Shown: piece by piece, positions 10,448-19,205 of the stretch | Layout of the letters: the number at the start of each line of letters is the position of its first letter | Position numbering within the stretch: the stretch's first letter is position 1 | From: Candidatus Hydrogenedens sp. | GTDB lineage: Bacteria; Hydrogenedentota; Hydrogenedentia; Hydrogenedentales; Hydrogenedentaceae | Direction: 5' to 3' | Assembly (NCBI GenBank): GCA_049968235.1 | Contig: JBMFRC010000011.1 | Span: forward strand, 35,251 to 99,250 | DNA: 64,000 nt | Notes under the pieces: generated by a model | What the model was told of the DNA's origin: nothing | What the model saw: the letters and a program-made list of their open reading frames with translations, nothing else | Databases searched by the model: none | Position numbers and translations under genes: made by a program

Positions 10448-12013
10448 TTAGAATTTAAGGACTGTCATCCAGAAGATATATCCTGCATCGTTATTGTCTG
10501 AACCGCCAGAGAAATCTGTCCCATTTCCTTGAATATATGCTCCTTGTGCTAATCCATCACCAACGAATAGGTAATTTCCATAGAGCATAAACCAGAGGTC
10601 TTTGGAGTAGTTGTATCTAATCCATGCGGCGATTTCCCAACCTATATCACTTTCTCCTTCGTCAGTCCAGAAACTAAGTAATGGTGCTGCGTAGAATTTT
10701 CTCCCCAATACCTTAAATGTTTTGGGTGGGTCAAATGGAGAAACAATCCCATCATAAGCACCGTGCACATGGACTAAAATTTTATCTGTTGGTTTGACTT
10801 CAAACCCTAACTGAACCTGCCAGTAGTTTGATAACCAACCATTATCATTAACAGTGGGCAAATAGTTTTTATCGGAGAATAGACGATTAAATGAATGACT
10901 TGCTTCAGGTTCATAAAATGGATTTAACCAATCCCAGAAATCAATGCTTCGGTTGTCATGCCCCTGGAAATATACACCCAGAGTATAGATTCGTGGTGTC
11001 CACTTTATATCCTCAAAGGTATAACCCACCGTCAGTTCTGCACCTAAATCACCCCAATGGGCACTATCATCACCATAAAGGAAGCCACCTATGGGCTTAA
11101 AGGTTGCACCTAAAGAATCTGCGTCACCAAACTGGTATGCCAATTCTAAATCATAATCGAAACCAGTGGATTTTCCAAATGCACGGACACCTACTGTATG
11201 TAATTTTGTAACGCCATAATCATCACGACCGACTATATCTTCAGCAAATTCCATAATAGGATTTCCCGTAGTGTCGTGTGGACTTAAGCCATCTCTGAGA
11301 AAATACCAGTACGCCGAAACTGTAAGTGGTTTCCATCCTGCATAAGTCCCATAAATACCATAGAAATCTATATCCCCATCCTGTTCAATCTGGAATCGGT
11401 CATTAACTTTGGATGCGAATGCATCAACGGTCCAATCTCCTTGTTTATAAGTTAACCGAATGGCGTCATAGGAAGAATATTGTGATGGTGTTAACATGTT
11501 GGTTACTAACCAACCTTTGCCCATAATTAAATCCTGGCGACCTACGCGTAATGTTAAAGGAGATCCAAACAACTCACGAACTTCTACATAGGCTTGTTCA
11601 ATTTCTACATCATCATTAGAATTTGCTCGTGTATCTACTCCTGTAACATAATCTCGCGAACGGAAATCTTCACCCCAGATATGCCAATCATAAAATTCGA
11701 TAAAAGCAGATACATTATCCGTAAAATCTGCTTTGAAATTCAGTAACACAGAAGTTTCATACCTTGTCCAATCGGAACCCTGGTCATCCCATTTGTAAAT
11801 AGAAGAAATCCGATTTCCTCCGACAGGTCTTTTTGGAATAAACGCAGGTGGTATCCTTTCCGTTCTCGGTGCAAATGTGTTTATATACCAGCGTCCCCGA
11901 ATTCTCAATTCTCCCCCAACTGAGACGCTTTGTAATTCAGCAACCGCTACGGATGTAATTGTTACACATAGAATAAATACACATATCCCCTTTGCCAAAA
12001 GAGATTTGTTCAT
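10448..12013 (-). CDS. outer-membrane beta-barrel protein (putative porin/export channel)
   Basis: Signal peptide MNKSLLAKGICVFILCVTITSVAVA, alternating amphipathic beta-strand pattern rich in Y/W/G/D, and a C-terminal aromatic residue (…TVLKF) typical of BAM-dependent OMPs. Confidence 0.5.
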   Translation of the reverse strand: MNKSLLAKGICVFILCVTITSVAVAELQSVSVGGELRIRGRWYINTFAPRTERIPPAFIPKRPVGGNRISSIYKWDDQGSDWTRYETSVLLNFKADFTDNVSAFIEFYDWHIWGEDFRSRDYVTGVDTRANSNDDVEIEQAYVEVRELFGSPLTLRVGRQDLIMGKGWLVTNMLTPSQYSSYDAIRLTYKQGDWTVDAFASKVNDRFQIEQDGDIDFYGIYGTYAGWKPLTVSAYWYFLRDGLSPHDTTGNPIMEFAEDIVGRDDYGVTKLHTVGVRAFGKSTGFDYDLELAYQFGDADSLGATFKPIGGFLYGDDSAHWGDLGAELTVGYTFEDIKWTPRIYTLGVYFQGHDNRSIDFWDWLNPFYEPEASHSFNRLFSDKNYLPTVNDNGWLSNYWQVQLGFEVKPTDKILVHVHGAYDGIVSPFDPPKTFKVLGRKFYAAPLLSFWTDEGESDIGWEIAAWIRYNYSKDLWFMLYGNYLFVGDGLAQGAYIQGNGTDFSGGSDNNDAGYIFWMTVLKF

Positions 12014-12175
12014 TTAAGTACCCTTTCATTTAATTATTAGTTTTATTGTTTTTTTTATAACTTATCAATAAATCACAATTTTATAATCATAGTAAATAAA
12101 TAACAAAAAATTCAAATAATAACGAATATTTTTTAATATTTTTTTGTTTTTAATTAGAGAATTAGGAGATAGAAT

Positions 12176-12761
12176 ATGGTTGCAGTAAATTCTGTTATGT
12201 TACCTTTAGGAACTGAAACACCGGATTTTTGTTTAAAAGATATAACAGGCAAAATGGTACAAAGAGATAATTTTCGAGGACAAAAAGGTCTTCTTGTTAT
12301 GTTTATATGTAATCATTGTCCATTTGTAAAACATATTCAAAATGAATTGGTAAAACTGACCAATGAATACCAGTCTAAAGGAATAGGCATTGTCGGAATA
12401 AATTCTAATAATACAGAAAAGTATCCCGAAGACTCTCTGGAAATGATGAAGGAGGAAGTTGTAAAAGCAGGATATACTTTCCCCTATTTGTATGATGAAA
12501 CACAAGAAGTAGCAAAAAAATACAAAGCAGCATGTACGCCTGATTTTTTTTTTATTTGATGGAAACTTTAAATTGGTATATCGGGGTCAGTTCGATGATT
12601 CACGCCCGGGCAATAACAAACCCGTAGATGGCAAAGATTTGAGAAATGCATTAGATTGTTTACTGGAAGGAAAACCTTTACCGGAACACCAAAAACCCAG
12701 TATGGGATGCAATATTAAATGGAAACCGGGAAATGAACCCGAATACTTTTTGAATCGGTAA
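12176..12761 (+). pseudogene. thioredoxin-fold thiol-disulfide oxidoreductase (TlpA/AhpC-TSA-like) interrupted by a +1 frameshift in a T10 homopolymer
   Basis: ORF 12176..12559 carries CNHCPF (CxxC) and ends ...TPDFFFI* inside a run of 10 T (12544..12553). The ORF 12573..12761 in the next frame continues with the expected ...LVYRGQFDDSRP block. With 9 T the read-through is PDFFLFDGNFKLVYRGQ, a canonical thioredoxin-family sequence. Confidence 0.6.
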
Positions 12762-12873
12762 TTTATTAATCCTTTACCAAAATTTTAAAAACTCATAGTT
12801 GATATTTTTATAATTGCTTCCTTTTTATAGTATATTTTATTAGTTAACACCTTAAAATTAAAAGGAAGCTTTT

Positions 12874-13332
12874 ATGGAAAATAAAAGGGATACATTACCC
12901 TCAGGGGATTCTTTTCTTTATTTATTCAAATTGTCCATGAGAATTCTTGCCTTTGCCTATTTTTTAGGTGCCTTGTTTTTTTTCTTCATACCGGATGGTG
13001 TCAATTATATCCTCAATTTTCTTCCTATCTTTTTGAAAGTACTACAACCTTTACCTGAAAAAAATACCGATTATTTTTGGTTACCTCTGGTGGGTTCCCT
13101 TATGCTGGTATTGACCTATATTGCTTATCAATCATCCAAAGACCCACAAAATAAAATTCTCCTAAATGTTCACATCTTATCAAAATTTATCTCATCAGCA
13201 GGCTATCTCTTTCTATTTTTATCTGATAAACTTATTTTTGGATATTTAGTGGGTTGTGTATTGGATTTTGCTATTTGTATTTATGTTTTTTATCTAAAAA
13301 TGAAAATCCATCGATTAAATAGTTCTTTGTAA
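12874..13332 (+). CDS. small integral membrane protein (3-4 TM), function unknown
   Basis: Hydrophobic helices throughout; AAAGGAAG RBS; first gene of a tightly spaced four-gene plus-strand operon. Confidence 0.4.
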   Translation: MENKRDTLPSGDSFLYLFKLSMRILAFAYFLGALFFFFIPDGVNYILNFLPIFLKVLQPLPEKNTDYFWLPLVGSLMLVLTYIAYQSSKDPQNKILLNVHILSKFISSAGYLFLFLSDKLIFGYLVGCVLDFAICIYVFYLKMKIHRLNSSL

Positions 13333-13339
13333 TATCATT

Positions 13340-14374
13340 ATGAGATTCCCTTACCGAATAACAAATGAATCCTTTTTACTTCCTTATTACAAGAATAATG
13401 CTTATGAAGTTTGGTATTGGAAACTGAATCCTGTTGAGCAAGACTGGTCGTTTTGGTTTCGTTTCACATTATTAAAAAATGCTACAAAAAATGTAGCGGA
13501 AATATGGGGGATTTTTTCAAAAAAAGAAATTCAAGAAGGTAATTCAAAAGCATTAAATATAGCCATAAAGGAAACCTTTCCTATAGAAGAATGTTATTCT
13601 TCATCAGATAATAGCATCACTTTACATGATAATTATGTAAATTTTCATTCCTGTCATGGACAAATAAAGGGGAACAATGAACAACTTGTTTGGGATTTAA
13701 GTCTTATGCCTGTAGAGCCACAGGAATCTTATAATTTTGTTCCCTTTCTATTGTGGGAAACAGGAATTGTAAAAAACTATGCAGTAACAATTCATGAAAA
13801 AATTCTTTTTAATGGAACTATTCGGGCAAATCAGGAAACCTTGCAGGTAAATAATGCTTTGGGAATGCAAGGACATCTTGCTGGATTAAAACAAGGACAC
13901 TCATGGGCGTGGGCTCATAGTTGTATTTTTGTTGATGAGGATAATGGAGAATCTGTTCCTATAATCATTGATATTTTAACAGCCCGTGCTCGGATTGGAG
14001 GAATAATAGTCTCACCACCACTTACAACATTATATCTGTATTATGAAGGGAAATCTTACCCATTAAACTCTATACAATATACAACAAAGAATAAATCAAA
14101 ATATATTCCTTTATTCTGGGAATTCAGCACATCTACAGATAACATTCAACTTTATGCTTCAATTGAAGCAGATATATCAACGGTTGTTGGAGTAAAATAT
14201 GAAGATACAGATAGTAGTGAATTATATTGTTATAACACCAAAATGGCGACTATGAAACTCATTATTTATGATAAAGAAGTTAATAAGAAACGGAAATTTA
14301 TCAGTCTCAATAAGTGTGCCTTTGAATGGGTGCAACGAGAACTCTGGGAAAAAGTTCCTATTTCAATTTGGTAA
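13340..14374 (+). CDS. conserved hypothetical protein, Trp-rich, possibly a lipocalin-like lipid-modifying enzyme
   Basis: Starts 7 nt after the previous gene. Contains WYWKL, WSFWFRF and GHSWAWAHS Trp-rich motifs. No family confidently recognised. Confidence 0.45.
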   Translation: MRFPYRITNESFLLPYYKNNAYEVWYWKLNPVEQDWSFWFRFTLLKNATKNVAEIWGIFSKKEIQEGNSKALNIAIKETFPIEECYSSSDNSITLHDNYVNFHSCHGQIKGNNEQLVWDLSLMPVEPQESYNFVPFLLWETGIVKNYAVTIHEKILFNGTIRANQETLQVNNALGMQGHLAGLKQGHSWAWAHSCIFVDEDNGESVPIIIDILTARARIGGIIVSPPLTTLYLYYEGKSYPLNSIQYTTKNKSKYIPLFWEFSTSTDNIQLYASIEADISTVVGVKYEDTDSSELYCYNTKMATMKLIIYDKEVNKKRKFISLNKCAFEWVQRELWEKVPISIW

Positions 14375-14382
14375 AGAATATT

Positions 14383-14811
14383 ATGCAATCATTTATTAAA
14401 AAAAATAGTTATGCTATTTTAACCACATTACTTAATGACGATTCTTATTGGATTGAAAATGTTTCAATGGATGCATTCTGGGTAGAATTTAAAAAGACTC
14501 TGGATTCTTTACCTAAATTAAATCGTCTGGGTCTTGTATTTGCTTTCATTTTGATTTCGATAATCCCTCCTCCCTATTCTTTTTTTTCCCTTATGTATAA
14601 TTCACAGTTCCCCCTAAGAAAAAAGTGGCTCGAGTCGTGGGAACAATCAAAATGGTTATGGAGAAAATCGTTGTTTTTAGGAATACGCATTTTAATTATC
14701 GGGAGTGCACTTCAACTTCCTCAAACAATGATACATACGAATTATCAGGAATTATTATCAGAAAGAGAAAAGCATTCTTGTTTAAAGATAAGACAGATAA
14801 CCGATGAATGA
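14383..14811 (+). CDS. small membrane protein, function unknown
   Basis: Internal ATG (Met20 of the track ORF) directly after the upstream stop; one or two TM helices; its stop overlaps the start of the GMC oxidoreductase (ATGAATGA), suggesting translational coupling. Confidence 0.4.
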   Translation: MQSFIKKNSYAILTTLLNDDSYWIENVSMDAFWVEFKKTLDSLPKLNRLGLVFAFILISIIPPPYSFFSLMYNSQFPLRKKWLESWEQSKWLWRKSLFLGIRILIIGSALQLPQTMIHTNYQELLSEREKHSCLKIRQITDE

Positions 14812-16348
14812 GTATTTATTTGATATTTATAATCGTCCTAATGTGGTTAATTTAGTTACAGATGAAACCTCAAATTTAACGAACTCCATTTTTGACTTTA
14901 TTGTTATTGGCAGTGGAGCAGGTGGAGCGGTCCTTTCAAAAGAACTTACAGAACAAGGAGCCAAAGTAGCACTTATTGAAGAAGGTTCCATTCCCTTTCC
15001 ATGGGCGACATCTGCTTTTCGCTCTTTACTTAAACTTTATAGAGATAATGGATTTACAGGTACTATTGGAAAGCCCATGATACCCATTCCTCTGGGTCGC
15101 TGTGTGGGGGGAACCACAGTTATTAATTCGGGGACCTGTTTTCGTGTTCCACAAAAGGTATTAAATTTGTGGGAGTCGGAATTTGGTCTGGCAGAAGTAA
15201 CTAATGAAAATTTACAGGACTGTTTTACGAAAGTAGAAAGGGAGATACATGTTGAGGATGCGGACTGGAATGTAATGAATAAATCTAGCGACTTTATACG
15301 AAAGATATTTACCCGGAGAAATTTACCCTGTCTCCCCTTGCGACGGAACACATACAATTGTCAGGGATGTGGTATGTGCTGTTATGGTTGCACATCAGGT
15401 GCCAAAAAAAGTATGGAAATTTCATACATTCCTAAATCTATCCAGGCAGGATTGTTTTTATTCTATAATGCACGGGCAAAACGCATCCTTTTATCCGATA
15501 GGAAAACAGGAAAAGGTGTTTTAGTTGATGTGGTTCATCCAACAACACACAAGGTAATCAAGGAGATTGAGATAAAGGGAGAAAAAATAATAGTTGCGTG
15601 TGGGACAATGTTATCTCCTCTATTACTGAAAAGGAGTGGTATTGCTATTGACAATCCTAACTTAGGAGCACATTTGACAATACATCCTGCAAGTAAAATA
15701 TCTATTGAACTCGAAGGAGATGTTTCGTCGTGGGTAGGAATACCTCAGGGATGCTATAGCACAGCACTCGAAGATGAAGGGATTATTTTTGAAGGTGTAT
15801 CAATGCCTCCTGATTTAGGTCCTTCTGCCGTTCCTTTTTCAGGTAGTGAATTAATTCATTATTGGAAGAACTATAAAAATATCGCAACTTTTGGTTTTAT
15901 GATAAAAGATAGCAATGAAGGTTCATTGAGTTTTAATATAAAAAACCAACCCATCTATTCTTACCAATTAACAAATACAGATGTCCAAAAGTTAAAAAGA
16001 GCCATCACTTTTCTGGCGGAGTTGGCTCTGGAAGAGAATCCCATTCAGATTTTTGCTATGGTAACAAAACAACCCAATATAATAAAGAATAGAGATGATT
16101 TGAATATATTTATAAAACAAGAACATGCACCATCCGATTTTGAATGTATGGCATTTCATCCCTTAGGGACCTGCCGATTATCTGAAACACCTGAAAAGGG
16201 GGTCTGTGATTCCAATCATCGGGTATTTGGCATGAACAATATTTTTGTATGTGATGGAAGTTCAATTCCTACCTCACTTGGAGTGAACCCTCAATTAACC
16301 ATTATGGCATTAGCAACACGCTTAGCCCAGATACTTAAAACCTTTTAA
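14804..16348 (+). CDS. GMC-family FAD-dependent oxidoreductase with Cys-rich insert
   Basis: N-terminal FAD motif FDFIVIGSGAGGAVLSKEL...ALIEEG. Cys cluster CQGCGMCCYGCTSGAKKS (the GC-x-x-GAK block common in GMC enzymes; extra cysteines suggest a possible Fe-S site). C-terminal GMC substrate-binding domain with HPLGTCR. Confidence 0.8.
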   Translation: MNEYLFDIYNRPNVVNLVTDETSNLTNSIFDFIVIGSGAGGAVLSKELTEQGAKVALIEEGSIPFPWATSAFRSLLKLYRDNGFTGTIGKPMIPIPLGRCVGGTTVINSGTCFRVPQKVLNLWESEFGLAEVTNENLQDCFTKVEREIHVEDADWNVMNKSSDFIRKIFTRRNLPCLPLRRNTYNCQGCGMCCYGCTSGAKKSMEISYIPKSIQAGLFLFYNARAKRILLSDRKTGKGVLVDVVHPTTHKVIKEIEIKGEKIIVACGTMLSPLLLKRSGIAIDNPNLGAHLTIHPASKISIELEGDVSSWVGIPQGCYSTALEDEGIIFEGVSMPPDLGPSAVPFSGSELIHYWKNYKNIATFGFMIKDSNEGSLSFNIKNQPIYSYQLTNTDVQKLKRAITFLAELALEENPIQIFAMVTKQPNIIKNRDDLNIFIKQEHAPSDFECMAFHPLGTCRLSETPEKGVCDSNHRVFGMNNIFVCDGSSIPTSLGVNPQLTIMALATRLAQILKTF

Positions 16349-16358
16349 TTATTTTCAA

Positions 16359-19055
16359 CTAGTTCGGATGAAGCGTAAAGGAATCAATCCAGATATTTAC
16401 ATTATTAAGGGTACATGGGTCAATACGAATTGCCTTAATTTTTCCGTTCCAATTAGGATGGTCCCGTAAATTAAAGGTATAGGTATAATAACCTCCATCT
16501 ACACGAATAGGTATTGTAATGGAGTTTTCCTCATTGAATTGTAACCCTTTTGATGACCAATATAACTGTGCTTTATTTTCCATTGGTGCTGGATTTTCTA
16601 CACGCAATCGTAAAGTGGCTCTTGGAAATTGATTTGCATTAATACCTTTTGTACCATAGTAAAAGAAATAAATAGATGGGTCATCTGTATTCGTTCTACC
16701 TGTAAGACTTCCTTCCTCTACTTTTATATCATTCATACCTCTGAATACCTTCCATCCTGATAATGATTCATGGAAGTCCCATGATGTCTCAAAAGCAGGG
16801 ACAGGAAAGTCATACGGTCCCAATCCTATGTCATCGGGAGAAATATTAACAGGCAATGGTTGTGTATTGGATGAGACAAAAACATTGCGAATGGCTTCAT
16901 ACATTGTAAATCCAAATTCTGTATTAGGCTCGATATAACTACCTTCTCCCCATTCGTTTAATGGGCCTAAAATAATTATTGGTATTTTTTTCTCTTCCGC
17001 AAAATCACGAGCGGACAATAACATTGTCTTGAACAGTTCTGAAGTCCTTCCCTCAATAACCAATGCCTTGGAACCATGCCAGGGACGCGAATCCCAACCT
17101 GTTTCTACAATGGGATAATAAGTCATTCCTTCACATAAAGCGCTTTTCTCCATCCAAACAGTTGGTATTGTAGAAACAACATCTTCATATTTAGCACGGT
17201 TAGGGATTTGGCTCATATAAACTGCTTTATAAAATTCATGGTAATTTGTAAACGATGAATAACCTTCGTTTTTTAATGTTTGCAACTCAGAGGCAGATTG
17301 ATTGTTGTTTATCGCCATAAATTCAATACCTTCGTAGCCTGCTTCTTTAGCCCATTGCTGGGATTTTTCTAACAATGCCTTTACTGCTTCGGAACTACCT
17401 AAATCATGGCGAATATTCTCCGGGGACCAGATGCACACAAGTGGTTTATTATTAACCCTATAATAAGATGGTAAATTAAAATAGTTATCTATCCATTCTC
17501 TATTTACCTTTTCCCAGTCTTCGGCAGAGTGGGTATTGGGAGGATTATGGTTTGCCCACATAATTGCTACTTTCAAATAATCTCTATACTTTGCTTTGCG
17601 ATAGGCTTCGAACCAATGAGTTAAGGATTGTTTTCCCGCAACCCAATACCAATCAACAAGGAAACATTTAATTCCATTCTCTACAGCCCATTTAATCTGC
17701 CAATCCACACACTCCGGATTTCCTTCATTATAATAACCCAAAATAGGTTTTCTTATGGGAGCTGTTGTTTGAATACAATCCCATTTTTCGAGAGTATCCC
17801 AACCTGGGAAATAAAACGCACATATATCTATTTTAGTTTTAATTGGTTTCGGTTCAGGGACATATTCTGCGGATATTTTTCTAATTTCAGGTAATACCTG
17901 TAATTCTCCGGTATTGATAGTTAATACAGTTCCTTTGGATAAAGGTATAACCTCTATGGGATAGATGCCTGATTTTTCTGGAGTAACTTTCCAGTAAACA
18001 TCTATGAAATCATCATATTCAATTTCATACGGAGGCTCGGGAATGGGTCCTTTTTCTATTCTTAAAGAACCCGGATGATTAAATTTTAGATTATCAATAC
18101 GGGCAACACTACCTCCCTGATTGGAAAGTCGTAATAAAACAGGGACTTCTCTACCCGCTCGTATACCACCTTGAGCAGAACCGAAATAAGAGACTACGAC
18201 TTCAGGTTTGTTCAGTGGTTCTTCCCCAATAGACAGAGAATTTATTTTTATATTTGAACCATCGTGAATATAAAATCCTAAGGCAAGAATGGGTTCTTTC
18301 CATGTAGAATATTGAGACATGTCAATAACACTAACATGCATTTTGTTATCAGTAACCAATGGTAGAGAAATCGTTTGAGGTCCTAAAATATCCTGACTTG
18401 CCCAAATAAAATCTATTGAATTAGCACTTTTACTTGCAGAATACTCAATTGAAAGATATTTTCTCTTTCCAATAAGCAATGATATAGGTTTAAAGAAATA
18501 ATAGGGGCTATTTTCTGAATCAATTTTCCATGAGGAGATATCCCCTTCGGGGAATTGCCACTCGTAAACATCTGTAACAGGGGGTTCCCCTTTATCCCAT
18601 GTTTTTACAGAAATTTTCTCTAATTCAAATTCCAGAGCATCACACAAATCCAATCGTATTTTAATAATTTTCCCCTCTTTATGCCAGAATGGAAAAACAT
18701 AAATATCCTGCCAATCATTCTTTTCTTCAAAACTAAAATTGACAGATTTATCTCCCGATAGCCCTCCGTATTGTCCTTCATTTGTTCCGGACCAAAATAT
18801 CTGCCCCATACCTCCATGGTTTGTTTTCATACGAATATGTATGTATTGATAGGGAGTTGGAACAAATTCAATTCCTTTGCATAAAAGAAAAGGGTCTGTA
18901 CCTTGTGTTCTACCCTGCAATTTTCCACCTTCTATTTTTACATCCTGTATCTGTCCATTCGGAACCCATTTCTGTAATACTTCGGGATTATCAAATGTCC
19001 ATTCAGGAAGTTGACAATTTAGGAAATATAGGATAACTAAGGAAGTTAATAACAT
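16359..19055 (-). CDS. secreted multidomain protein with WbsX-like (GH99-related) glycoside-hydrolase-like TIM-barrel domain
   Basis: Signal-peptide-like N-terminus; N-terminal beta-sandwich region. Central block AFYFPGW...LGYYNEGNPECVDWQIKWAVENGIKCFLVDWYWVAGK...WANHN matches the pattern I recall for the Glyco_tran_WbsX family (AFYLPQFH...LGYYdl.dpev...GIdgFcyYhYWF...WANEnW). Confidence 0.5.
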   Translation of the reverse strand: MLLTSLVILYFLNCQLPEWTFDNPEVLQKWVPNGQIQDVKIEGGKLQGRTQGTDPFLLCKGIEFVPTPYQYIHIRMKTNHGGMGQIFWSGTNEGQYGGLSGDKSVNFSFEEKNDWQDIYVFPFWHKEGKIIKIRLDLCDALEFELEKISVKTWDKGEPPVTDVYEWQFPEGDISSWKIDSENSPYYFFKPISLLIGKRKYLSIEYSASKSANSIDFIWASQDILGPQTISLPLVTDNKMHVSVIDMSQYSTWKEPILALGFYIHDGSNIKINSLSIGEEPLNKPEVVVSYFGSAQGGIRAGREVPVLLRLSNQGGSVARIDNLKFNHPGSLRIEKGPIPEPPYEIEYDDFIDVYWKVTPEKSGIYPIEVIPLSKGTVLTINTGELQVLPEIRKISAEYVPEPKPIKTKIDICAFYFPGWDTLEKWDCIQTTAPIRKPILGYYNEGNPECVDWQIKWAVENGIKCFLVDWYWVAGKQSLTHWFEAYRKAKYRDYLKVAIMWANHNPPNTHSAEDWEKVNREWIDNYFNLPSYYRVNNKPLVCIWSPENIRHDLGSSEAVKALLEKSQQWAKEAGYEGIEFMAINNNQSASELQTLKNEGYSSFTNYHEFYKAVYMSQIPNRAKYEDVVSTIPTVWMEKSALCEGMTYYPIVETGWDSRPWHGSKALVIEGRTSELFKTMLLSARDFAEEKKIPIIILGPLNEWGEGSYIEPNTEFGFTMYEAIRNVFVSSNTQPLPVNISPDDIGLGPYDFPVPAFETSWDFHESLSGWKVFRGMNDIKVEEGSLTGRTNTDDPSIYFFYYGTKGINANQFPRATLRLRVENPAPMENKAQLYWSSKGLQFNEENSITIPIRVDGGYYTYTFNLRDHPNWNGKIKAIRIDPCTLNNVNIWIDSFTLHPN

Positions 19056-19133
19056 ACAATTATTCCACTCCTATAAAATGAAGGGATTGTTAAATAGATT
19101 CGCAAATAAAAGATAAAATTGGGTAAATTATAT

Positions 19134-19178
19134 CATAAAAGAATATACCCGCCGAAATTATCAAATCTCGGCGGGTAT
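19134..19178 (-). terminator. rho-independent terminator after the 1122-aa surface protein gene
   Basis: 11-bp perfect inverted repeat ATACCCGCCGA / TCGGCGGGTAT with a T-rich tract on the minus strand. Confidence 0.5.
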
Positions 19179-19205
19179 AAAACTATGTGTGAAGATTTCT
19201 AACTC

